NCBI GenBank assembly: GCA_002633005.1
Contig: NMRA01000041.1
Span: 935,294-999,293, forward strand
Source: Phoronis australis
Lineage: Eukaryota; Animalia; Phoronida
Reading direction: 5' to 3'
DNA: 64,000 bases
Shown here: in pieces, positions 1 to 12,900 of the stretch
Position numbering within the stretch: position 1 is the stretch's first letter
How the letters are laid out: the number at the start of each line of letters is the position of its first letter
Translations under genes and position numbers: made by a program
The notes under the pieces: model-generated
Told to the model about the DNA's origin: nothing
Database searches by the model: none
The model's input: only the letters and a program-made list of their open reading frames with translations

Positions 1-763
1 TTTTATCCCATTCAAAATAGTAGCATTCTCGTGTATTTCAGAATCCCAGAAATTTTGCAGGAATCTTTTAACAAGAATTATTTCCACTACTCTGTTATAC
101 TACTGATAATCCCGTCAAGTTCTGTAGCTCCCATAGACAGGCCATGAAAAGACATCTCTGAGACTGATAACAAAAGGCTGCAATATTGCAATTGGTCAAG
201 AGCAATCTGGCTTGGAATTTCAATTGAGAAAACAAAGGTCAGCTCAGAAATATCTTTTTCTGGGATTAATCCTGACCAGCAAAATTTGGTAGAACTCAAA
301 ATCCCAGAAGACTTGTGTCTCAATCCAAACATTTTTCCACGCAAAAATTTGCCAGGGATTATTTCAGGGAACTCTCATGCGGGAATGGTGCTTTCATGTT
401 TTCAATTTCCATGAGTTTTTCACAGGTGTTCTAGTAAGATATAGTTTTCAAAATTTCGGAGTTACTTTTCCCACAAAAACCATTAATAGACAAGTATTTT
501 TGATAAAACTCCACCTGTGATTCAAGCTTTAATAACGGAATGTATGGACTTGCGGTTTCACATTTTTTATGAATTATTAATGAATTTTAAGCATAATTCC
601 TTTTTTTTCAATGAGCTTTCTACACTTCAAAATTGTTGTTTCACAGGTTTTCCAGGTATTACACGAGAAAAGGTAAGTACGTTTTACAGTAACGTGGCAA
701 AGAACTAAGTATGTTATCATGAAATGCTTTCCAGAACCTCATTATGAGGTCCGGGCCACTCAC

Positions 764-937
764 CCCGTTGCCCTGTGAAGAGAATCAGACCATCACGTAG
801 ACTGGTACCATTGTTGGGAAGGATGACCTTCAGACGCACACTGAACAGGAAGTTCATCCCTATCACCTGAGGATACATCAGGTAGGAGGAGTATCCATAG
901 TGATTACCAGCAAAGGATGGGCGAGTAATGACCACGG
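764..937 (-). CDS. EYS: EYS exon 41 (LamG3 start)
   Basis: [22 protein letters not shown]...GLILFTGQR|G; donor GTGAGT. Confidence 0.88.
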
Positions 938-3900
938 CTGCAAACGGTAAGAAAACATGAATAAAGCTATCAATTGATAATGGGTTACATATCAAGTCAT
1001 TCCACAACAAATATCAGCTTTTTATACAAAAAATATTTACACAGCACTGCGGTAAACGCTAAAAATAACCAAACAAAATGATGACCCACTGTTCCATCAT
1101 GGCAGTTGAGTGCAAAAGGAATTCCTCGTCAAGACAGCTGAACGTAAGCAAAATTCACCATCAAAGTCACTAGAATGATGGGCAATGAATCCTCATGTCA
1201 GAGAAACAGTATTTTGTCAAATTAATATTGGTGTATACTGTCTGTAAGATAAACTTGAAGGGACACTGTGACAGCCAGGGTCAACATGACACCATGTAAA
1301 ATCTCTGCAAACTCTGTGAATTCAAGTACCACAACAAACCTGTTATTGGTACTGAATGTTTTAATTAGTCTTACGCAAATAATTATTGAAGTGTCTCAAA
1401 CGTTCAAAAACTACAATTGAAATTTGATTAAATAACTTTGCTGACATGTTTAGAGACAAGCATTACAATTGCACAATGTGGCAATACACCAAGTTAAAAT
1501 GAAAGTGCTCTAAGCAGCAACATTTTATGAGACTAAATGAACATAACAGATGAGCGTGATGATGTGATAAGGATGTAAGTCTCATAACTACCACGGCAAC
1601 ATCACATGTAACCCCTACCTTCACTGCAGTTGACTCCATGACGACCGTATGGACATAGGCAGGCATACTTCAGCTCGGTGCTGCCTATCTCAACACAAGT
1701 ACCACCATGCATACAGGGATTGCGTTCACACACCCGCCGTTCACACAGAGCGCCAGTGAAGTTACCATAGCAACGACAGAACCAGCTCTCACCATCCCTG
1801 CAACAAATACCAGTGAGCTTAATATTAACTTTAATAATAACTTATTGACAAATGTCATAATTAAGACTAACCATGAAAATAGGGAATAGTCCCGGATTTT
1901 GAGAACCAGTTTGAACCCCATTACTCAGTGGAAAAAAATGGTTCTCAAAGTGCCGAACCTCTATGAGTGAAGATATTTTCTACGTTTCAAAGGCACTTTA
2001 ATAAATAAATTTATTCGTAAACAGCACTGTCTGACCATCACCTGCATCCATTTACAAACTTTTCATTCAGTCTGAAAATCAAGATTGCGCCAATGCGATG
2101 CTTTGTCCTGAACACAAATCAGTATAATTTATACAACAAAACTTAACTTATAAACGAGATATAGTCACTTACAGGGGATCTGGATTTTGAGAAAGAACTG
2201 GTTTGATGTTTGTTATTCAGGGAATAAAGTTGGTTCTCAAACTGCCAGACACCAGCTAGTGACTATTACCAGAGAATTTTTTTACACGATTTTTTATCAG
2301 GGCATCGTAAAACTCACAGCAGACATGACCCATTGTTCTGACATGGCTCGTAGCTGCAGGCCGGAACACTGCATTCAGCAATGTTCTGACCAGCAACCGC
2401 ATCCATAAACACATCAACCTCTTTGGTGTCCACTTGCAACTGACGTATACAGCCATCATAGTTCAGCAGGGGAGAAGCACTGTTGGCAGCGGTGACCCCT
2501 TTTGGCAGCCCACCTGAGAACACAGTTACTGGTTGTAGAATATCAAATAAAATATTGAAACCCCTAACAGTAAAAATGATCGTAAAATACACATCATACG
2601 TCCACTAAAAGAAATGGCAGTTAAAAATTTGACAAAATCCTTTCTCTGCAAAATTATGGAAGCGAAAAGGAAGTTTTGGATTTAGGGGTTTTCCAGCGAT
2701 TAGCATATTTTCTGCCAATTTCCTCCAGAATATTTGACATAATTTCAAGAAAGTCAGATTACTCTTAGACTATTTGTAAAGAGTTTGTCAACTTTTTGAA
2801 AATTGATGCTCAGTCAGTTCAGTTTTCCTTTAAACACACAAAAATTTCTTCATAAAAAAAACAGATGAATGGATTTCTTATAATGGTGCTAGTAACTGAG
2901 AACAAGTAACTCTAATATCAAGTTTTCCAAAAAGAAGCTTGTCGCATAGCAGTCAAACTCCACTCAGATGACACTGTATTTGTTTGACATCAGAAATGAC
3001 GTCATTAAGTCTGTATTTAACGTAACTGTCAACCCTTGCGTATTGAAAAAAACTGAAACATTGAACTGTGGAGACAGTGGTCAAGGGGCTATGAACGATA
3101 CTAGGATGCACTTAACAATAACGAAACGTGAACAGACTTCACAAAGTTGTAAAAATGCCCTAATGTTTCTAGCTCAATTTGACAATTTTTAAAACAATCC
3201 ACTTGTCTAAAACATTCAAAAACCTCACTACAGGATCACGTGGACCACGTATACTAAGTGTACCCACAACCCACTACTGCTATGTAACCTCTGGTAGTAT
3301 TGTTACCTAGATAGACAGGACCGTTGGTCAGCTGTTGAGGTGATGTGACCACTGCTGACGATGACACCTCACTGTTGGTGTCTACGGTAACGCTGACAGA
3401 ACACTGCCCTCTGGTGGTAGGAAGGGGCCTCACTTGTCTAGTAAAAAACAATAACATAGTTCATGATTAACATTCTAATGACAATTAGTAGCAATTGATA
3501 TTTAATACTTTTCCTTTTACCGTGACAGTTAGTATTTTGGATTTTTTATAGTATGTAAATAATGCCTCCAGTCGCCACAAATACGCACAGCATACTAAAT
3601 TGAAATACTTGATAGAAGCGAAGCACATAATGCTTTGACAAAATACACACCACACAGACATAAACACTTTCCTCACACGAAGATCATAGATTGCTACTGT
3701 TTAAAATTCAATACTACCCTCCCCATAACAGAACCATTCAAAATTGTTTATCTTCACTTAGAAAACTTCACAAGACAACACACGACTGCTATGAATGCCA
3801 ATAGCCTCAGTAATCTTAATTTGAAAGTTCACAAACAGGTTTTAAATCATTCAACACACAAATCAAAACTCATCAATTTCATGATTACATACCTGATGGA

Positions 3901-6900
3901 AACTGCAGTGAGGTTATTATGAGACACGTTGACAAAAGTGTTGACGTTCAACACTATGTCTGCAGTACAGGCTAATTTGCACTTGAGTAAACCGCCTTCT
4001 ACGTAGAGCTGAATGTATATATCTGGGGTCGACGGTGAATGCGTGTATAGGATAGTGCCATCTGTTGTCGATGTCTTGAACGTGATGAATAGTTGTGTGG
4101 ATCCAAAGACTGACAGATTGTTGTGTTGGAGATAAGAGTGACCGTTGAAATAGGGAAAGTAGACAACAATTTCTGGAAATGAACATAAAGAGAAGATTTA
4201 GAAACTATATTGAATAACATCCCATGCAGTCATAAGATTTCATAAGGACCATGGTAGCCTTCAGCCTAAGGTAATCACAGCAACCCTGATTGTTATAGCA
4301 AACAAATATCATTTATGTGTAAGTCAATACAAAACAGTGTTGCTATTAATATTTTCAACTTTTAATTGCTTGTCTAGTAAAGTTTGATTGTTTAAAGTCT
4401 TTCCTAATCAACAGATTTAAGTTACGATTTTTCGCTTGAACTTTAAATCATAGGCAGAAATGGTAAAAGCGACCTGGGCCCAGTTGCATAAAAGTTATAC
4501 GCCGAATAACAACAATGACGTCGCATTATCACGCGTCACGTTGTTATTGTTGAACAATGCACCAGACGTCACGCAACAATCAAACTTATCCAGCGGATAA
4601 CATTTGAAGCTTTATGCAACCCAGCCCTGGAGAAGACATCAAAGCACTAGTGGTAACACCCACGATGCGCCAAACCTACAGTAATTTAGAATGGAAAAAT
4701 CTTGCATCTTTTAGAGATATTGGCTACATTAAAAGCGAAGCACGTGATCTCATTAGTTTTGACTCACAAAAAAAATTAATGCAAAGTTACAGAACCTACC
4801 ACAGACTAGTTGTTATGTTTAGTGAATAATACAGAGTAGATCATCTTATTTCACAAAAATGTCCATGGAGGCTTCATCTAGGAGGAAGTGTTATGTGAAA
4901 GTTATAGTACCTCGTTCACAAAGTGATCCAGTAAAATGCAGTGGACAGTCACACGTAAACAATGCCTGCTGTCCATCTAATACGTTCCTGCACGTTCCAC
5001 CATTTTGGCACGTGACGTCTTGGCACGTAGGCGGGGCTGTAGTGGGGAGGGATGTGGGAGCAGATGTAGTGGTAGGAGATGGAGCGTAACCGCATTCGTT
5101 AAGGCGAGACTGCAACATGAAACAGTAAATAACGATGCTCAAGGTTCTGACATTTTCATCTCAAAAAGTTTTTTTGCAGCATTAAATTGCAGCAAAAGAG
5201 AAAAAGGTTTGCGTAGACATTTTATAGAAAATGATCAACCCAAGAAAACTTTTGTTACACCTTTCCAAAAGACTGCAGCTACCTAGTTGAGTATACTTCA
5301 AGTGTACATCAACCAAGAGAAATAGAAAAAACACAACCTGAAACACCCTTGCCATGATAAAGAAAACATTGCTGCCATGTATCAAGTGATTACCCCATTT
5401 GTAGCATCCATGAATTCCAGTCGTTTTCCATTCAGTGTGATATTTCCAATGCACCCTGTGAAACTAGTGAATGGTTGAGCATACGGTAAGGCAGAGACAC
5501 CTGCTGGCAGGCCGCCAAAGTAGAGAGAGGAAAGTGTGTTGAAGTGTGAGAAGAAGAGCGCCTGACCAGTCTGCACAGCGGGGGCGCCGGTTACCTCTAA
5601 ACGAGCACGACAGTCTTTGCTTTGACTGAAACGGACAACATTTTTATTAATACAAAGACCCTAGCCAAGGAATACACTTATTATGCTATAAGAACCTGAT
5701 CAACCAACTGCACTCAGTAACTGCAAACAACTGTTTTGCTATAAGTCTTGGCTCGTACTACGAAAAATGCAAGCAATCTTCGTCTTCAGGTACCGTTTTG
5801 TCATAATATAAAGTTTCTGTCAAGCTGTGTTATAACTTTCAGTGGCAGATATGTTGTTAGACTTGAACCTGCTGTATCTCAATATAGAAAAATAGTACTG
5901 ATTTAAAGTGCCATTACATGGAACAACTAATACCTTTAAAGCCTATCTTGACCACAAATTGCCAAATTTAATAAATGCAAATTTAATAAATGTTTTGCCT
6001 AACTTTCAAAGCAAGTGACGTCACTATGAAAAACCTTCAGGTTGTGAATTCAGACATTTGTAAATAAGATGGTGTTCTGTTCGCTTAATTCATAGCTTGT
6101 TCTGTGTTCTCGCAACGACACAACCGCTTGTCTTGCCTACATTTGTGAGATTAAACGGTAAATCCGGGTGTCGCTAGGACAACATGGATAACTCAATCCA
6201 TGTATTATTTTACAAAATCCAATGAAAGGCCTTACGGACACACATTAAAGACACGGTCAGTCACATAACAGTTCACATCAGCAGCATTGATTTGTCTAAT
6301 TTAAGAGTCAGATTGCACAGCACAAGCCAAAGTATTCAGAAAAAATGACCCAGAATTCCCAGTCATGACGGCTGGGTGGAAGTCGGCTTCATTATCAGAG
6401 TAATCTTTCCTCATGACCCGAGAATTAATGGTGAATTAACAGGAATTCAAAGTTGTTATGCCATTCTATAGTAAAATTTTGTATCCCTAATAATGATGAC
6501 CAGTAATTTTTGCCGTGAACGAAATTAACGGGAAGGGAAAACGTATTTAATTCGATAATTTTAATTTTTCTTGTACTGCACGTTTACGACATCATGAATG
6601 GGATATTACATAATGGACAAGGAAAATCAATTTGTTATAATTTAAGAATGTTCTACCTGAGATGAATGTGAAACACATTTCCAGTGTTGACTGTCACTCC
6701 ACTGTTCAGTTCATACTCAGCAATAACACAGGAGTAGCGGTACTGCAACGAAAGACGAAGGAGTCTTGACATTACTTTGTATAACACAAAGCACAATATG
6801 TGGGAAGCAACAACTTCAACACCATGTTTTAACACATGAAATTAAAACACAAACAGAATACACATTTATACTCAATTCCTGAAAAACTTTACAAAAATCA

Positions 6901-9900
6901 ACCAGTATTTATTAAACAAGAATTAGACAAATTTGAAGCAGGAATTGACCTCCAATTTGCAATACTTATTAGTAAATATAATAACCTCGGTATTAACTTC
7001 TTTAGGAGTTTATGGCAACCTTGTTTGTGCTAAAATGGTCGGTAGAAAACGTTGTAAGTAAAAATTCTGTAACTGACGTTGTTCTTGCATGAGAGAGTCA
7101 GTGAAGGATTAGGGTCAAATTTAACAGAAATGTAAGAGTCACCAACAGGTATCAAAACTCCAATAAAAATATCTAACAGACGAGTGTTACCTTTAATACT
7201 CCATCAATAACAAGCAGTTGCATGAAGTGTGTCGAGTCAGTCACTGCGTAGTCCTTAGCAACGTAGAAGATAGAGCCATCTTGTGTTGTGTTGATTGACA
7301 AGCTCAAAGTCAGTGCATCACCAGTGTCGACCCCAGGCGTAACTCCAGGATACTCCAAGTAGGTGTCACCAACGTATTGTGGAAACTGAATGTTACGAGC
7401 TGTAAGTAACAAGACAACATGAATACAGAAGACTGGCGTAAACTGAAAGGTATCCTACACCAGACAAATTTGTGAAATACTTTGTCCTCTGGTCTTTAGA
7501 ATATTACATTTGAACACAAGTCACATTTCCGGTAAAATCTGTGACTGACACTGAAATACTACAAGAGCCAGATATTTATCGAGAATGTTATCAAGATTTC
7601 TTCAAAATTACAAAATATTTAGGTTTATATGAGGACCTTATCACCAAGCATGTGTATCAAGCAAATTATCGGCAATTAAATTGTAGAATTTACTTCAGTG
7701 AAAGAATGATTTTATGAAAGCAGCCTGTAAAATTTGATTTCATACCAATCTGTCAGTAATAAGGCCATGTGACCATATCTTTTCAGTAACATTCATTCAC
7801 CCCAAAACAATGGAATCAATAAAATGACCAAATTTCCTCATAAAAAAGTCAAGATGAAACCCAAAAATGCTAAATTATCATTTAATTTTAGTCTTATACA
7901 GCTTTTGATTCTTTTTGTAAAAATTCTAGAATTTATAGAATGAGGACGGTACCTAAGGCACTGTACCTGAGTTCTGTTAGCTCATTTTGGATAATTTAAT
8001 ATATTTCTAGGATCTAGGATCTCACATAAATTCAATTCCTAAAATTCAACTTCCACAATAATACAGAGCAACAAAATATTTTTTCTTTAGAATTGTCTTC
8101 AGTGATTTTTAATTTTAGTCCTGGACCAAAACATGAGGTCAACAACATATTTGAGAAGCTAGTCAGATTGAAACGACGAGTCAGTTGTAATTACTCCAAT
8201 TATTGAAAAAAATAATTTGAAAGGTATGTTCATGTCAACTACTCAAAATTAAGTAAACCTACTCTTTCATTAACTAACGAATAAATACAAAATTATAAAA
8301 GTATCTCAGCAGCAAATATTCCTTGAGACAAGTTATGTTGAACATGGCCTTCTTGTTTATGGCCTTAACGGATAAACGACCCGATTGGCAGTCGGCTGAT
8401 CTTGCGTCAGGCATTAGTTGATGTCAAAGACGACACAGGCTCATGGCAGAGAGGAAAGCACAAAAAGACAATATTACAGGCTTCATATTCAAATCACATA
8501 ATGAGAAAATATACAGTACCACTGCCCAATACTTCAGGGAAGATCCATAAAGGTTGATCAGCCTGCCGCCAATTACAGCGTGTATCTATTAAGGCCAGTA
8601 ACAATAAATGGAACAGCACGTTCAACAAAACTTAAAATCTTCATAATAGTCAAACCTGTTTCACATCGTGCTCCCTGATACTGGAAGGTACAGAGACACC
8701 TATAGGCTGGTTGAGAGCCTAGTATGTCAACACAAGTGGCTTGGTTCATACAAGGACTCTCTGCGCAGGACTGAGGGGGCGTTGGTGTTGTCGTTGACAA
8801 CACACTTGACGATGGCTCAACTGTGCTTGCAGGAGTAGCTAATAAAAACAGAAAAAGCAAGTGATTAGTATACTGATAATAATAAAGGAGAAGTTTCAAC
8901 GTTTTATAACTTGTCAAAAATAACAAATGGTCAACAAAAGACCCATGCAAATGAAAGAATATTAAGCTTAGGAAACTGCACACAAATCTAATTGCTGCGA
9001 AATGACCATGACAAGAAAATGTTTAGTAAAATGTATTCTGATATCTGATGATTGCGAGTTAGCTTCCTGGAAGAATAAAACTGGACATTCCATGTGAAAT
9101 CACATTTTCAAAATTCAAAAATTAAGGTTAACTGTGTAAGTTATATCCACCTTTGCATCTTAATACAGTGTTACATTGTACAGTTCAAGACCTCAAAACA
9201 CTCAAAAGGAAAATCTATAAATCCATAATCAAGTAATAAACAAATCCATACCAAAACCACAACCACAACAACCAGAAGAACAGTCATGAAAAAATAAAAC
9301 AAAGCCAAAGCCTCTCAAAGCAAAGCATATTCTAACTGACCTTTTTAAATATTTTAATTATCTCAGCATACACGCAGATTCTTTAATTTGAAGTACCATT
9401 TTTACATTTTTAAACAAAAAATAAATTATCCAAGCTCAGGCATGACTCAAAACATTACCAATCACGTCACATTATTTGAGAACAAATTCTCTTAAGTTAA
9501 GTTGAAGCATGACCTGTGATTGCACAATTATTGAATTGAGTTTAGTACAAAGATTAGACAACGTGTCCAGAAACATTGTTTTCCAGACCTCAATAGGCTG
9601 ACCATTAAAGTTAACTGTAAAAACTGTCGAAGACTTCAAGAGACATTAAGAAATTGCATGAGCAAGCAAGTTAGTGCAGATTCCAGAGTTTAGATACTTA
9701 ATATGATACAAGTTGCTTCTAAGACAAGATTTTCCATGAATGCTTGATTTGTTGCAGTTTGTTGCTGACAATTCCTGTATATTTAGGTATTTCATTTTAA
9801 CATGTCAACATATTAAAATCTATCAACAATTCAAAACAAGGTTGAATTAGAAACGAAATGAGTAAAAACTTTTGACGTATGTTGGAAGCCATCTTGCATA

Positions 9901-12900
9901 ATTTATTAGAATTCACAGTAGAGGTCACTTTTTGTGGTCTTACTGCACAGAGCCTGTTGTCGTTAACTTATAATTTATGAACACCATACCTGTGGGAACC
10001 AAATCAGTTGCTGACAACAAAAGCGATGTGGGGCTGGATTGAATGCTGGGCATGGATACACGGTCACTCTGGGAGGTTAGCAAGCGAGACTCAGGACTTG
10101 AGGCTTGTACCACCTCAGCCGAAGAGGTTATACTAAACACGTCTATAGTAGAAATTGCCTTGTGCAAGGACATTAGTCTGCTTTGATGCACACTTGTTTC
10201 ACGCATAAATGTGGAAAAGGTTAAATTGGAACTGGATTCTATTGCACTCGCAATTATTAATAACGAAGTGTTCACAACACCAGACAAAGCAGTGCTAGTC
10301 AAATTCGTTTCAAGACTGCTAACAGACACACTTGTGCCAGACTGGATTAACTTTGAAAGTCCCTCTGTGTTAATACTTGGAGTCTCGGGTGACCTGCTTT
10401 GAGTTTCTGGAGCAAAAGAATCGACATGATCAGTGCTCAATGACAACGTCGCTGTACTTTGTGACGGTCCCAACGTCAACAAACTGATATCAAATGAGCT
10501 TTTAAGTATTGTACTTTGAGCAATGCTGGTAGAAGTTTCCAGAGCTGGGCTTGAAATTGCGTAACTTGTAACGTTTTTGACAGAGCTTAATGATACTGAA
10601 CTCTGTGATGCGCTCAAGGTCGTTACGCCAGTGTTTAATGCTGTTCTGGCTTGCGTACGTCCTAGCACACTGCTGGTGTTTAACAAAGCTCCTGGAGATG
10701 GACTAGGCTTTAATGAAGATGAATACGTATCTCCATCTGTACTCAGTGATGAAAGCTGCGGTTCTGCCGACTGTGTAGTGACAGTTGAAACTGCCGACGA
10801 ATGGTAAAAGCTTACTGTGGTGGCAATAAAATTGTCTGTCACCTGAGATGAAGACTTTGATGCAATGGATGGTGCAGTCCCCACACTGGATGAACTTGAG
10901 ATTGCTGATGAATATGAACCTTGAACTGGGGTGCTCAGATCTTCTGGGATTACTGTTGAGAGAGGCTGTGTTGAAGCTAATCCTGTCATGTCCACAGGAG
11001 ATGAATTCGAGACTGATGCAGCAGATGAGTAAGAATCAGCCGTGAAGGTGGCCATAAATTCTGTCTTGAGTGAAGAAAGTTGCGTTGCAACTGACTTTGT
11101 AGATGAACTCAATACTCTCGGAGAAGAATAAGAACTTGCCACAGAGGTGTTCAAATCTTCTGTCTGCAGAGTCAACGGGAGCTGTGATGTAAGTAACTTT
11201 GTGATGACTGAATGAACAGTAACTGGTGATGAACTAATAGGCAGAGATGTAGTTGAAACTGTCTTGGGTTCCTGGGAAGTCACCAGTACTGATGGTAAGG
11301 GACTGGCCTGTGTGGATGACACTATGCTTTGTAATGGTGATAATGTCATGGGGTCATATGCTCCTGAAGATGGTAGCACCTTGTCTGTGAAGGATGCACT
11401 ACCACGTGATGCGACTTGAGTTAATGTTGATGCTAAGTTGGTGATTGTCAAACTTTGTGACGTAGCTGTAATATGAACACCTTATTTAGTTGCACTGTCC
11501 ACAGCATACAATAATTGCAGACACTGACGAAAATGCAGAGGAACAAACCCACTTTTGAAAGATACAAAAATATTTTTAATTGAACTTATGCATAAGATTT
11601 AATTGGTGGAAACTACCGGCTTTTAACTGAACACAACAGAAACATCAATAGAGTCTGGCAGAGAAAGAACTCTATCTACTAATGTGGCCATATAAGACAT
11701 TGAGATGGAAACTAAGTGTTTTGGGCGCAGTGTAGATGATGGCTATTGACAGTGGGGTTTTATCTAGGGAGAGTGCTGAAAATGCTGCCCTAGGATGATT
11801 AAATGAATGTTGATAATGTCCTGTTCAATGACAGCCAATGGAATAACCTCAACGTGTATTGGATGTCTACTTAAAGCATGCAGGAGTCTCTATTGTTCAA
11901 ACCACACTGTATGGAGCATGAAGGAATGGTGCTGGGGAAAAGAGAGATGGTTAATGCTAGTACAAAACAAGCTACAGTAAAAGCTCTTCAATTTGGAGAA
12001 AACAAATAGCTGAAATGACAGCTTTGGTTTTAAACCTCAATTACAGCACTACAAATCTTCCAAACTTGCTATGTGTTGTCTCAATGAGACTGGTGCTGTC
12101 AAGATTAAGCAAACTGAAATGAATTTCTGATGGGATATTTGACAATAAAAGTCAATTTTTTTGTATCTTTTGCTGTAACAGTTGTGTCATGAAGAACTGA
12201 AGAACTTTTACCACAACAGCAGTGGAGGCAAGAGAGGCAGCTATATCTATGCTACTGCTATACAAACACACTGCACGTCTAGAATCATAAGTACGACTAC
12301 AGTAACAAACAACAAAACATACTGGCTTCAACTGAGGACACAGGAGTGGACAACAGGCGACTTGTAAATTCCAAAGATGTTGAAGAAATTGGTGAGCTTG
12401 AATCAGGAGACAAAGTGAAACTTGTCGTCATCTTCACAACTGAAGTGAAAGAGGTATCAGCAAAACTGATTTGAGATGAGGCTTCAACTGATGGTGACTG
12501 AGATTGTAGTGAAGAAATCTCAGTTGGTGACGAGGTTTTCCCAACAACAGAAGTTGAAGTCGGTAAATCGAGCAATGAAGATGATAAAGTTGCAACATCA
12601 GCAATGGAAGACGAATTTTTAGAGCTGACGAGAACATCAGTAGATTTATTGAAGCGCACAGAAGCAGTCACTGTAGAGAGAGAAGGTTGGATGACAAAAC
12701 TGCCCTCTGTTGGTGCTAGAGATGAAACACTTGATCCTTGCGATCTAGAATACGAAGAACTTGGACTAGTCACTTCCAAGCCTGTTCTCTGAGATGCTGT
12801 AGCTGTACTCAACGCTGGAGTGGGAGAGATTCCTGGAGATTCTGTGATCCTACTGGAAGGAGATTTAGACATCAACACAGTGGTTGTGGTTCTCACCGAC

